A stretch of 64,000 nucleotides of DNA from Cyanophyceae cyanobacterium (GCA_038321985.1 JBBQFN010000018.1:46151-110150); one strand, 5' to 3'; numbered from the stretch's first letter, positions 18,543 to 28,744 are shown. Made by a program: numbers and translations. Notes: generated from the letters alone by a model not told the origin.

Positions 18543-19943
18543 CTATAATCCTAAAACAAGCTTTGCGACATTAAAGTAAATTAGAACACCCAAGACATCG
18601 ACGGCAGTGGTAATAAATGGCGCTGACATCAGGGCGGGATCTAACTTCATGGCGCGGAATAAAAAGGGCAGGGCCGAACCTGCTACCGATGCCAAAATTG
18701 AAATCGCTATCAGAGAGACGCCGACGGAGAAGGCAACCTGAATATTTCCTTGCAGCAGGAAATACGCCCAAATGGTGGCGATCGTTCCCAAGATTCCGCC
18801 TAGTAAGGCTCCCGCCATCCCCTCTCGTAAGACTACTTGTAGAGGGCCGAGTAACCGCATTTCATCCGTATTCATCCCGCGAATCACCACAGTGGAAGAC
18901 TGAGCACCGACATTTCCGCCCGTACCCGTAAGCAGGGGAATAAAGGCAGCGAGAACCACAACTTCTTGTAAGAGGTCCCTTTGGGAGTTAATAATTGATC
19001 CCGTGACTGTATTGGTCAGTAATAAGACGAACAGCCAAACGACACGCCGTCGGGCTACCGTCCATAAATTCATCTCGAAATAATTATCCCCGTCGGATTG
19101 GACCCCACCCAAAGCATAAATATCCTCGGTGGTTTCCTGTTCCATGATGTCGATCGCGTCATCGATGGTGATGACGCCGACTAAACGCTGTTCCCGATCC
19201 ACCACGGGGATCGCGAGGAAATCATAGCGCTGAATCAGTCGGGAAACTTCTTCGCGATCGGTGTCTGTATGAACAAACACCACATCCCGAGTCATAATTT
19301 CACTGATTTTTTGCTCCGGTGAACTAATCACCAGATCCCGCAGGGAAACGATTCCGGTTAACCGGCGATCGCTATCCATGACATAGAGATAATAAATAAT
19401 TTCGGCAACCGGAGACAGGGTGCGAATCCGTTCCAGAGTCTGGCTGACGCTCATATTTTCCCGGACTGAAATATATTCAGGGGTCATAATCCGCCCGGAA
19501 GTCCCGGCTTCGTACCCCATCAGCAGGGCTGTAGACTGCCATTCTGTGGGGGAAAGTTGAGCACGCAAGCGGCGCACCACTTTCGAGGGGAGCTCGTCTA
19601 GAAGTCGGGCGCGATCGTCCGGGGACATATTGCCAATGATATCTAAGACGTCCTGGCGCTTGAAGTCTTCTAAAAGCACCTGTTGGACACTGGAATCAAG
19701 ATATTCGTAAACTTCGGTTGCTTCGGATTTGGACAGCAACCGAAAGGCGATCGCCTGCATCGCTTCCGGCATTCCTTCGATTGCCTCGGCGATATCCACA
19801 GGTTGAACGGGGACCAAAATCGCTTTAGCGCTTTGGAGGTCCCCTTGTTTAAGCAGTGCTTGCACTTGCGATCGCACTAATTCAGGTATTTCTCTCCGCG
19901 ACAGGGTCCCGAGGGGAGAGGGTATCGGTTGAGGTTCAGTCAA
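18543..19943 (-). CDS. mgtE: Magnesium transporter MgtE (copy 2)
   Basis: MgtE_N, CBS pair, GGNVGAQS and DPALMSAPFITTAVDV. Confidence 0.95.
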   Translation of the reverse strand: MTEPQPIPSPLGTLSRREIPELVRSQVQALLKQGDLQSAKAILVPVQPVDIAEAIEGMPEAMQAIAFRLLSKSEATEVYEYLDSSVQQVLLEDFKRQDVLDIIGNMSPDDRARLLDELPSKVVRRLRAQLSPTEWQSTALLMGYEAGTSGRIMTPEYISVRENMSVSQTLERIRTLSPVAEIIYYLYVMDSDRRLTGIVSLRDLVISSPEQKISEIMTRDVVFVHTDTDREEVSRLIQRYDFLAIPVVDREQRLVGVITIDDAIDIMEQETTEDIYALGGVQSDGDNYFEMNLWTVARRRVVWLFVLLLTNTVTGSIINSQRDLLQEVVVLAAFIPLLTGTGGNVGAQSSTVVIRGMNTDEMRLLGPLQVVLREGMAGALLGGILGTIATIWAYFLLQGNIQVAFSVGVSLIAISILASVAGSALPFLFRAMKLDPALMSAPFITTAVDVLGVLIYFNVAKLVLGL

Positions 19944-20184
19944 ATCAAACTCCCTGGATCCAGTCCGATCAGTATTCTGTACAATTTAGAATCACCCCAA
20001 CCCATTGCCCTAGGGCGTCTGGGTAGGGATGGGCTTGAAGGGACCAGAAACTGGGTTTCTGCCCCTAATTTGTGGCATAAAAGGCAGCGCTGTTGTGAAG
20101 AAACCGGGTTTATGACCTTTACTGTACCTGTCCCCCCAAGCAAAACAAGGGGAGGCGAAGGGGATATATCCAGCAGTTTCCCCG

Positions 20185-21588
20185 TCATTCCACACCGCCC
20201 AAAAGCTGCTGTGCCACCGTTAAATAAATTAACACCCCAAGCACATCGACTGCGGTAGTAATAAATGGCGCGGACATCAATGCCGGATCAAATCCCACCC
20301 GATAGAATAAAAACGGCAGGGCGGACCCGGCGAAGGAGGCGAGAATCGTAATCGCCAGTAAACTAATTCCCACCGAAATTGCAACAAGCGAATTTCCGGC
20401 CAAGAAATAGGCCCAAATTATCACGACAATCGACAGCATCATCCCTAACAGCGCCCCGGCTGTCGTCTCCCGTCCGATAGTTTTCCAGGCTTTTCCTTCC
20501 CCAATTGCATTGATATTTAATCCCCGAATTACCACCGTTGAGGACTGTGCACCCACGTTGCCCCCAGTGTCAATTAATAAGGGAATAAACGCCGCCAGTG
20601 CGACCACTTCTTGGAGAATATCTTCTTTAGCTCGAATCACGGCTGAAGTGGCTGTATTCGTAATTAATAAAATAAACAGCCAAACTACACGCTTTCGCGC
20701 CACCGTAAATAAATTAGTTTGAAAATAATTTTCCTTCCCCCCTTCTACTCCACCTAGGGCATAAATATCTTCGGTTGTTTCGGCTTCCACTACATCCATG
20801 ACATCATCAACGGTGATAATTCCCACAAGACGCTGTTCGCTATCGACAACCGGCAAGGCTAGAAAATCATAACGCTGAATTAATCGGGCCGCTTCCTCCC
20901 GGTCGGTTTCTGTGGATACAAAAACAGTTTCTCGACGGGTAATTTCTGATAACCGTTGTTCCGGGTCGGACACCACTAAATCCCGCAGAGAAATCGTGCC
21001 AATTAAGCGACGGGAGCTATCAGTCACGTAAAGGTAATAAATGATTTCGCTGACATTGGCTAAATTTCTAATCCGGTCTAGGGCTTGAGCTACGGTCATA
21101 TTTTCTTTGACCGCGATATACTCCGGGGTCATCATCCTCCCGGCGCTGTCTGGGGGATAGCCTAATAGCAGCGAGGTGGTTTGTCGTTCTTCCGGACTCA
21201 GTTGTTCAAGAATACGCTTAACAACTTTAGCTGGCAATTCATCGAATAACCGGGCGCGGTCATCCGGGGACATTTTATCTACAATGTCCAGAACATCCTG
21301 GCGTTTGAATTCTTCGATTAAGGCGTATTGAACAGTGGAATCCAGATGTTCGTAAACTTCGATCGCCTCTTCTTTAGACAGCAGCCGAAAGGCGATCGCT
21401 TGCATGGTTTCCGGTAACCCTTCAATGGCCTCAGCAATATCGGGCGGTTGCACCGGAACCAGTAATATTTTAGCACCTTGAAGATTGTTTTGTTCGAGCA
21501 AGCGTTGTAATTGCGATCGCACGAGTTCACGCAATTCTTCTCGGGTTGTTAACGGGACAGACGGCAATTCTGTATTATTATCGGTCAT
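20185..21588 (-). CDS. mgtE: Magnesium transporter MgtE (copy 1)
   Basis: Same motifs as the adjacent paralog. Confidence 0.95.
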   Translation of the reverse strand: MTDNNTELPSVPLTTREELRELVRSQLQRLLEQNNLQGAKILLVPVQPPDIAEAIEGLPETMQAIAFRLLSKEEAIEVYEHLDSTVQYALIEEFKRQDVLDIVDKMSPDDRARLFDELPAKVVKRILEQLSPEERQTTSLLLGYPPDSAGRMMTPEYIAVKENMTVAQALDRIRNLANVSEIIYYLYVTDSSRRLIGTISLRDLVVSDPEQRLSEITRRETVFVSTETDREEAARLIQRYDFLALPVVDSEQRLVGIITVDDVMDVVEAETTEDIYALGGVEGGKENYFQTNLFTVARKRVVWLFILLITNTATSAVIRAKEDILQEVVALAAFIPLLIDTGGNVGAQSSTVVIRGLNINAIGEGKAWKTIGRETTAGALLGMMLSIVVIIWAYFLAGNSLVAISVGISLLAITILASFAGSALPFLFYRVGFDPALMSAPFITTAVDVLGVLIYLTVAQQLLGGVE

Positions 21589-21847
21589 GATCCACTCTCT
21601 AATCGGTTCTACAGTTCCGAGTGTGGTTGGGGTTTTTACCCAATCTCTAGGGTCTGATGCAGTCGAAATCAGGCAACAGCATCTGAGATCTGTTGCGATC
21701 GCTGTTGCGCGATTCCCTTTTTGGAGAGTCCCAAACCCATCCGGTTCGCAGTTGACTAATGGGTTGCTTCCATCCGAGATCGCTACCCAAAACGCTACCC
21801 GAAATCGGTAATAGGGACTTAAATTTTATATCCGCACGCAGGTTAGG

Positions 21848-21910
21848 CTAACTCTCTGGCTGCCTAACTCTCACCCATTGTCTCAACTCTTTACGCTGTC
21901 GGTGATTCAT
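21848..21910 (-). other. Possible 20-aa leader ORF MNHRQRKELRQWVRVRQPES in the mgtE 5' region
   Basis: ATG preceded by GGAGA, which lies in the 3' arm of a 9-bp stem (21912-21920/21958-21966). Confidence 0.3.
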
Positions 21911-22335
21911 CGTTCATCTCCATTGCTAACATAACCGCCCTCTTCCCGGGCGGTCACGAGATGAACCTGAAAACTCGCAGGTGGAGTCACACTAGGTCAT
22001 TTCAATGACTAGACCGCCCGGTTGTGGGGAAACGGTCGAGGTTCGTCTAAAGGCTCGTCAGCCATTGAGTCTGCCTGAGTAATCGTTGCAATACAACTAC
22101 TACCAGAGCTTTCCACTTGAGTATTTCCTACTTGTTTAAGTTACGTTTAAGAAGGGGAACTCAGATTATTCTGAAGCCCTTTGTTTTTATACCACTCTTC
22201 AGAAAACAGGTCAAGCTCTTTTTTTGTTTTTTTTGTCTTCCGGTATTTCCCCTCCTCCAACTCGCTCCCAATTGCCTAATTCTCATCGCTCTGTTTTAAT
22301 TTCAATATTGGACTGATTCCAGGCTAGAAATGTTT

Positions 22336-23979
22336 TTAAACCGGATAAAATTCTCCGGGTTGGTTGGTAGATTTTACCACTAAAACAGGAACCACACTCC
22401 CTGCTAAAACGCCCTGATAAACCGACAGTGCTGCCCCTTTTTTTTCCGAATTTGCTCCTTTACCCAGGATAAGCGCCGTTACAGAATGAGCTTGACACTT
22501 CTCCAAAATTGTTTCTACGATTGTGCCTTTTTCAATAATAAATTGATAACGGATATCAGCTAATAATTTTTGAGTTAAGTCCTGAAGCGCTTTGATTTCA
22601 GTTTTTCTCTCTTCCGTTACCACATACAAAACAATAACCTCTCCGTTACTGCGTCGGGCTAAATCTGCCGTTTTTTTCAAGACTTCCCGGGCTAGAGGTG
22701 AACTATCTACAGCAGCCAAAAATAAAGTCTTTGTATTAACCGGGACTGTTGTCGGGTCTACTTCTCCTTGTGTGAGCAATCGCGGCGCAAAAGTGGGAAT
22801 CGCCCAAGCACCCAAAGGGGCAGTCACTAAAATTGAAAGGGCGGCAACTGCTAAAATAATTTCTCCCCCTGGAATCCCATATGCTAAAGGCAGTGCACCC
22901 AAGGCCGCCTGTACGGTTGCTTTAGCTGAATTTCCCGGCAGTAAAAACAGTTTTTCTTGCCAATTCCAATTACTACCCGCAGTGGAAAGATACCAGCCAA
23001 TCGTCCGTCCCATTAATAAACCGATGGCTAAAATAGCCAGGCCAGGTAACAGAATATCTCCCAAAACCTGGATTTGAATACTGGCTCCCATTAAGACAAA
23101 TAAAATAATTTCTGCCACCACCCAAAGCGCATCAAATCCATTGCGTAATCGTCGAGCCAGAGGGGCATCTAATCCGATTAAAAAGAATCCCATCGACATC
23201 ACGGCTAAATAGCCAGAAAAATAAGGAAATTCTCGGGCAGTAATCACCGCCAAGGATGCCACAACTGCGGCAATTAAGATATCTTGTACTGGGTTTTTAG
23301 CCCAGCTTTGCCGTTCTAAGAGGGATACTAATAATTGAGCGGCTAAATACCCAAAAAATACCCCGAAAACAAGTTGGGTAAGGGCTTGGAAGGCCAGTAA
23401 TAAGAGTGGATGAATGGGGAGGTTAAACAGTAAAGTAACCGGAGTCATTTCCCCTTGCTGGAGGACATTTAAGAGTAAACTAAACCCTAGGAGGAGGACG
23501 ACATCAGAGAGAGCAGACCCGGTTAAAATGGCATCGGGAATGCCTTTAGTGACGCCCCAACCCAACCGCTTTAGACGCAACATTCCAGGTACAATAACCG
23601 CTGGAGATTCCGCTGCAATAATGCAACCTAGTAATAATCCCGTTAATAGGTCAAATTGGAAGAGAAACATAGCAGCAATGGCGATCGCCATTGCTTCTGC
23701 AATTGCCGGTAAAATGCCCAACCGTAGGGCAACGGTTCCCTGTTGCGTCAGCTTTTCCCAGTCGAGTCCCAATCCGGCTTTCATCAGGATAATCATCACG
23801 GCGACTGTCCTACCGTCATCAGCAGCGGCGAGCATCTCCGGTGCCAGGCGATTTCCCATCTCTGGCCCCAGGATGACTCCTACCAAAATCATGCCCAGTA
23901 ACGGCGGCGCACCGAGGCGGCGGGCAAACTGACCCGCAAAAAAGCCCATCCCTAAGATCCAAATTGTACTGATTAACAT
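22336..23979 (-). CDS. Cation:proton antiporter (CPA family) fused to a C-terminal universal stress protein domain
   Basis: Many TM helices, AAESPAVIVP and SALSDV. C-terminal LAAVDSS...VIVLYV...ILG USP pattern. Confidence 0.85.
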   Translation of the reverse strand: MLISTIWILGMGFFAGQFARRLGAPPLLGMILVGVILGPEMGNRLAPEMLAAADDGRTVAVMIILMKAGLGLDWEKLTQQGTVALRLGILPAIAEAMAIAIAAMFLFQFDLLTGLLLGCIIAAESPAVIVPGMLRLKRLGWGVTKGIPDAILTGSALSDVVLLLGFSLLLNVLQQGEMTPVTLLFNLPIHPLLLLAFQALTQLVFGVFFGYLAAQLLVSLLERQSWAKNPVQDILIAAVVASLAVITAREFPYFSGYLAVMSMGFFLIGLDAPLARRLRNGFDALWVVAEIILFVLMGASIQIQVLGDILLPGLAILAIGLLMGRTIGWYLSTAGSNWNWQEKLFLLPGNSAKATVQAALGALPLAYGIPGGEIILAVAALSILVTAPLGAWAIPTFAPRLLTQGEVDPTTVPVNTKTLFLAAVDSSPLAREVLKKTADLARRSNGEVIVLYVVTEERKTEIKALQDLTQKLLADIRYQFIIEKGTIVETILEKCQAHSVTALILGKGANSEKKGAALSVYQGVLAGSVVPVLVVKSTNQPGEFYPV

Positions 23980-24065
23980 TCCCTGTACTCCTGAACGGGT
24001 GTAGAATGGCCGCCCCAGGAGTCGATTGATGAGATCGCCCTACCTCCTGGCATTCAGCCTGGAAA

Positions 24066-24138
24066 GGTAGGAGCCATCAGCCCTTCAGCCCCAATTGGGA
24101 TCGCTGAAATAGGCGGTTATGGCGAGCTCCATCGCCTT
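24066..24138 (-). ncRNA. Fluoride (crcB) riboswitch
   Basis: The minus strand reads GGCGATGGAGCTCGCCATAACCGCC...GGCTGATGGCTCCTAC, matching the crcB aptamer consensus, ~90 nt upstream of the antiporter start. Confidence 0.9.
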
Positions 24139-24250
24139 CAATCTTAAATCAGCACTTAATATAGCATAAATTTTAGTAAAACCCCATAGAGTGACCGAAA
24201 GTTGATAATCGGGCAGGGGGAATAAGATCTCCCCATCGTCTGCGGCAATC

Positions 24251-24295
24251 TCTTTCTGGAGATAGAATCCACCGGAGGATTAAGTTTTGTAAAAT
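24251..24295 (+). promoter_or_regulatory. TCTTTC-N4-GATAGA box, 23-nt spacer, TAAAAT -10 upstream of crtO
   Basis: Same box and spacing as the four array promoters. Confidence 0.55.
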
Positions 24296-24330
24296 CCAGA
24301 CTAAGCGGGAATTTAAACAGGAGTTCTTTC

Positions 24331-26034
24331 ATGTCCCAGTCCCAGTACGATGTAATTATAATTGGAGCCGGCCATAACGGTTTAGTGTGTGCTGCATACC
24401 TTTTAAAAGCGGGTAAAAGCGTCTTAGTATTAGAAAAGCGTTTAGTTCCCGGGGGGGCGGCCACTACCGAAGAATCCTTACCGGAAGAAGCACCGGGGTT
24501 TAAGTTTAACCTCTGTGCGATCGACCATGAATTTATCCACCTTGGGCCAGTTGTAGAAGAATTAGAACTAACTAAATACGGATTAGAGTATCTGTATTGC
24601 GACCCCGTGCTCTTTTGTCCCCAACCTGATGGGAGATACTTCCTGGGGCATAAATCTGTAGATCAAACCTGTAATGAAATTGCCCGGTATAGCGAACGCG
24701 ATGCCAAAAAATATGGAGAATTTGTCCATTATTGGCAGCGAGTTTTAAATGCGATCGCCCCAATATTCAACGCCCCGCCCAAATCGATTATCGATATCAC
24801 GGGCAATTATAATTTCGATAAAATTAAAGACCTGCTTTCCCTACTGGGAACCCCGGATAAAATACTAGATTTTGCCCGGACTATGCTCAGTAGTCCCCAG
24901 GATATGTTAGAGGAATGGTTCGATACCGAAGTGGTCAAAGGACCGTTGGCAAGACTGGCCGCAGAAATGAGCGTACCCCCCTCACAAAAAGGGATGTCCG
25001 TTGGTGCAATTATGATGGCAATGCGGCACAATCCTGGCATGGCAAGACCCCGAGGTGGCACCGGCGCACTCACCCAAGCATTAGTTAACCGGGTGATGAG
25101 TCTGGGGGGTGAAATCTTGTGCGATCGCTCCGTCGAACAAATTTTAGTTGATAATGGTCGTGCTGTAGGCGTCCGGGTTGGCGGAGGGCAAGAATACCGC
25201 GTTAAAGAAGGAGTCATTTCCAATATTGATGCCAAACGAGTCTTTTTAGAATTAGTTAATCCCGGAGATATTGACTCGCGCGACCCCAACTTACGCGAGC
25301 GTGTAGACCGCCGCATTGTTAACAACAATGAAAGCATCCTAAAATTGGATTGCGCCCTATCGGAAATGCCACGATTTGAAGCCTACAATCATCAGGATGA
25401 ATATTTAATTGGGTCGGTCGTGATTGCCGATTCCGTCCACCATGTCGAAACGGGTCACAGTCTGTGCCAACTCGGCATCGTTCCCGATGAAAATCCTTCT
25501 ATGTATGCCGTGGTTCCCACCGTTCTTGACCCCTCAATGGCCCCGGATGGGAAGCATACGCTCTGGGTCGAATTTTTCGCTCCCTATCAGATTCATGGTG
25601 CAGAAGGAACCGGACAAAATGGCACGGGATGGACTGACGAACTCAAAAATAAAGTAGCCGATCGCCTGATTGATAAACTCTCCGATTATGCGCCTAATGT
25701 CAAAAATTCAATTATTGCGCGACGGGTCGAAAGTCCACCGGAACTGAGCGCTCGCCTCGGGTCCTACAAGGGCAATCATTACCATATTGATATGACCCTA
25801 GACCAGATGATTTTCTTCCGTCCCCTCCCAGAAATTGCCAATTACAAAACTCCCATAGACGGGTTATTTTTAACCGGGGCAGGAACCCATCCGGGCGGTT
25901 CAATTTCCGGAATGCCTGGACGAAATTGCGCGCGGGTGTTTTTATTCCATCAACAGCCGATGAGCCAAACGTTGAAAGATGCGACAAATTCCGTGAAGTC
26001 CCTGGCAAACTCCGTGTTTAATTTGTCAAGTTAA
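24331..26034 (+). CDS. crtO: Beta-carotene ketolase CrtO
   Basis: GAGHNGL, GFKFNLCAIDHEF, GTGWTDELK and GAGTHPGGSISGMPGRNCA motifs. Confidence 0.85.
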   Translation: MSQSQYDVIIIGAGHNGLVCAAYLLKAGKSVLVLEKRLVPGGAATTEESLPEEAPGFKFNLCAIDHEFIHLGPVVEELELTKYGLEYLYCDPVLFCPQPDGRYFLGHKSVDQTCNEIARYSERDAKKYGEFVHYWQRVLNAIAPIFNAPPKSIIDITGNYNFDKIKDLLSLLGTPDKILDFARTMLSSPQDMLEEWFDTEVVKGPLARLAAEMSVPPSQKGMSVGAIMMAMRHNPGMARPRGGTGALTQALVNRVMSLGGEILCDRSVEQILVDNGRAVGVRVGGGQEYRVKEGVISNIDAKRVFLELVNPGDIDSRDPNLRERVDRRIVNNNESILKLDCALSEMPRFEAYNHQDEYLIGSVVIADSVHHVETGHSLCQLGIVPDENPSMYAVVPTVLDPSMAPDGKHTLWVEFFAPYQIHGAEGTGQNGTGWTDELKNKVADRLIDKLSDYAPNVKNSIIARRVESPPELSARLGSYKGNHYHIDMTLDQMIFFRPLPEIANYKTPIDGLFLTGAGTHPGGSISGMPGRNCARVFLFHQQPMSQTLKDATNSVKSLANSVFNLSS

Positions 26035-26041
26035 TATCCCA

Positions 26042-26070
26042 TTAACCCTCACTTTAAAGGTGAGGGTTAA
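26042..26070. terminator. Hairpin downstream of crtO
   Basis: ttaaccctcac-N7-gtgagggttaa. Confidence 0.55.
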
Positions 26071-26275
26071 ACCTATTCAAGCCGCCTATTGCCTAGTTTT
26101 ACAAAGCCCAAATTTAATTTAAACGGCCTCTAGGATTAAAAATTTTAAAGGGTATGGAAATTATGAAATATTAAATTTTTAAGTCTTTTGGAATTTATTC
26201 TATTTTAATTTGTTTTTGACATTTTCCTCCTTTAGGAGGCATTAGATCAACATTAATAAAGGAGATTTACTCACT

Positions 26276-27514
26276 TTGAAAGTAGATATCTACATTCTGG
26301 ATATGCTGGCGATCGGCTTGTTACTGTTATCAGTAACCGTGTTTTCTGGCTGGATTAAACGATTGCCGCTTTCGTATGCCCTGATTTATTTAGTTGTGGG
26401 CATTTTTCTCGGTCCTTATGGTCTAGGATTGATTCTGGTCCGCCCCGAGGCGAATTTTTTGGAGCGTTTGACGGAATTAGTCGTGATTATTTCTTTGTTT
26501 AGTGGCGGACTTAAAATGAATCGTCCGCTCAAATTTTGGGCGTGGCAGACAACCGCACGATTAATCGGATTTTTGATGCCGATTTCCATAGTGGCGCTCG
26601 CCCTGGTAGGGCGGTTTTTTTTAGGGTTTGATTGGGGTGCTGCAATTTTACTCGGGGCCATTCTTGCCCCGACTGATCCGGTTTTAGCTTCCGAAGTTCA
26701 GCTTTCCCATATTGAAGATAAAGATGAGCTACGCTTTGGCTTAACATCCGAAGGGGGCTTAAATGATGCGTTTGCTTTTCCCTTTGTTTATTTTGGGTTA
26801 TATCTTTTAAAAGATAGCAATTGGAACAACTGGATTCACAAGTGGGTGCTGGTTGATTTAGTTTGGGCGATCGCAGCAGGTATCGGCATGGGCATTGTTG
26901 TTGCCTTGACCATTGTTTGGGTAGAAGAACAATTAGATCGTGTTCGTCCTGTGGATGAACTCATGCAAGATTTTATTGCTTTCAGTACGATTTTAATGGC
27001 CTATTCCCTGACGGAAGTAATTAATGGGTATGGATTTGTGGCGGTGTTTGTAGCTGGAATGACTATTCGCAGAAGCTACAGCCGTAACTCAGAAAAAACC
27101 CGTTCTCAGCTCACCTTAACTGAGCGCGTGGAAAAACTTTTAGAAGTAGCCACTATTTTGTTACTGGGTTCTTTGCTGAGAGTAGAACCGAGTCTACGCT
27201 TTGCGGGAGAAGCGTTACTGGTGGCAGGACTTTTACTATTTATCATTCGTCCCTTGGGGACTTGGGTAAGCACTATTGGTGCAAATTTTCACCCGGCAAA
27301 GCGTTGGCTAATTGGGTGGTTCGGGATTCGGGGCGTTGGCTCTTTATATTATCTTAGCTATGCAATGGGACAAGGTTTAGAAGGAGAAACCGCCGAAAAA
27401 ATCGCTTGGATTGTTTTTCTGACTATCGTGATTTCTGCTATTTTGCATGGAATTACTGCTACTCCGTTGATGGATTGGTATCAGTTACGGTTGGAGAAAA
27501 AAAAGGTTACCTAA
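26276..27514 (+). CDS. NhaP-type cation:proton antiporter (CPA1)
   Basis: LAPTDPVLAS, SEGGLNDA and WFGIRGVGSLYY motifs. Confidence 0.9.
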   Translation: MKVDIYILDMLAIGLLLLSVTVFSGWIKRLPLSYALIYLVVGIFLGPYGLGLILVRPEANFLERLTELVVIISLFSGGLKMNRPLKFWAWQTTARLIGFLMPISIVALALVGRFFLGFDWGAAILLGAILAPTDPVLASEVQLSHIEDKDELRFGLTSEGGLNDAFAFPFVYFGLYLLKDSNWNNWIHKWVLVDLVWAIAAGIGMGIVVALTIVWVEEQLDRVRPVDELMQDFIAFSTILMAYSLTEVINGYGFVAVFVAGMTIRRSYSRNSEKTRSQLTLTERVEKLLEVATILLLGSLLRVEPSLRFAGEALLVAGLLLFIIRPLGTWVSTIGANFHPAKRWLIGWFGIRGVGSLYYLSYAMGQGLEGETAEKIAWIVFLTIVISAILHGITATPLMDWYQLRLEKKKVT

Positions 27515-27679
27515 CAAGGCGCTATCCGGTAGTTTATCTAATACCCCTCTCTTGGCTATTTTCTACGAGGAGAAAAACCTCATTCGGACGGGGTGCAGCT
27601 ACCGGAACGTTAGGAAAACCAGGCTTTATTGGACTATAAGCTAACAGACGCGGGCTAAAGAGAACAGAATCTTTTTTTA

Positions 27680-27774
27680 GGAGTGGAAGCATCTTGCTTG
27701 GTAGGACCATACCGAGTAAGATGCTCCCACTCCTCATCGCTATCTGTACACCATGAGTCCGGGAAACGCTTATA
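27680..27774. repeat. ggagtgg.agcatcttgc...gtaagatgctcccactcc palindrome plus MITE-like right end
   Basis: Palindrome matches 62336-62390. Right end atgagtccgggaaacgcttata matches the ends at 53857 and 62435. Confidence 0.7.
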
Positions 27775-27814
27775 ATAAGGGAAACATCTCTGAAGCGTTT
27801 CTGGAAGGGCTAGA

Positions 27815-28744
27815 ATGAGCCAATCACCGGATTTTATTCTCTACGCTCAACATGGATGGGCGGATACCCATCACGAAATTGCCAAACTTGCCACGGCTTT
27901 AGGGACAACCAATAGCCAGATTATTACGCCCAATTTGGGTTGGATTCGGACCTGGTTTCGCATTGAACCGTTAATTCAAACTGTCGAGACTGTGGTGGGA
28001 GAAACCCTGAACACTTATCCTAAGACACCGATGCGAATTATCGGGCATTCCATGGGGGGATTAATTTGGTTAGAAGTGCTGCATCGTCATCCGGAATGGC
28101 GATCGCAAATTCACTCCTTAGTGTTAATTGCTTCCCCGGTTGGCGGTGCGGATTTAGCCCGAATTTTTGATCCATTTGCCTGGGGAATTGGAATTGCCCG
28201 TGACTTGGGAATCAATCGTCGTAAAATGGCGGAATCTCTGGCTGAAATTATCCCCACGCTAATGATTGCCGGGGATAGCGATAATGGCAGCGATAGTACG
28301 ATTAGTATAGAATCAGCTAAGTTTAATCGCGCACAATTTGTCTGTTTGCCTGGATTATCTCATGCCGTCCTCAAAAATCATCCTCGTTTGATCCCAATTA
28401 TTCGCGAGTTTTGGGAGAATCCGGCAGTCCCCCCTCTTCCCGAGGCGGATTTAACCTATACCGTGATTCAACGCTTGCAAAGCATTCCCGCCATGACAGC
28501 AGCACATCGTCGGGATTTTGTCTATTCTAAACCCTGTCTGACTTTTAATACCGGAATGAAGATTAGATGGTGGAAAAATCCCGTCCAAGTTGAACATATT
28601 TTTATCGAAAACTCTCACGGAATCTGTATCTTTGCCGGATTTGTGGGATGGAAACATACCCAGGATGTACACCAATGCCTTGCAAATATGGCTGAAGACT
28701 TTAAAGATTTATTAGTTGAAGAGGGGGTTTTTCTTCCTGATTAA
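27815..28744 (+). CDS. Alpha/beta hydrolase
   Basis: QHGWAD oxyanion motif and GHSMGG nucleophile elbow. Confidence 0.8.
   Translation: MSQSPDFILYAQHGWADTHHEIAKLATALGTTNSQIITPNLGWIRTWFRIEPLIQTVETVVGETLNTYPKTPMRIIGHSMGGLIWLEVLHRHPEWRSQIHSLVLIASPVGGADLARIFDPFAWGIGIARDLGINRRKMAESLAEIIPTLMIAGDSDNGSDSTISIESAKFNRAQFVCLPGLSHAVLKNHPRLIPIIREFWENPAVPPLPEADLTYTVIQRLQSIPAMTAAHRRDFVYSKPCLTFNTGMKIRWWKNPVQVEHIFIENSHGICIFAGFVGWKHTQDVHQCLANMAEDFKDLLVEEGVFLPD

Noticed and set aside
21909..21966. ATCGTTCATCTC start resembling a glnA glutamine riboswitch
   Set aside because: Lacks the GGAAGTA and GAAGGAACG elements; it simply pairs with GAGATGAAC.
26225..26240. TCCTCC-ttta-GGAGGC palindrome as another member of the box regulon
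   Set aside because: No TAN3T hexamer at the 22-23-nt spacing.
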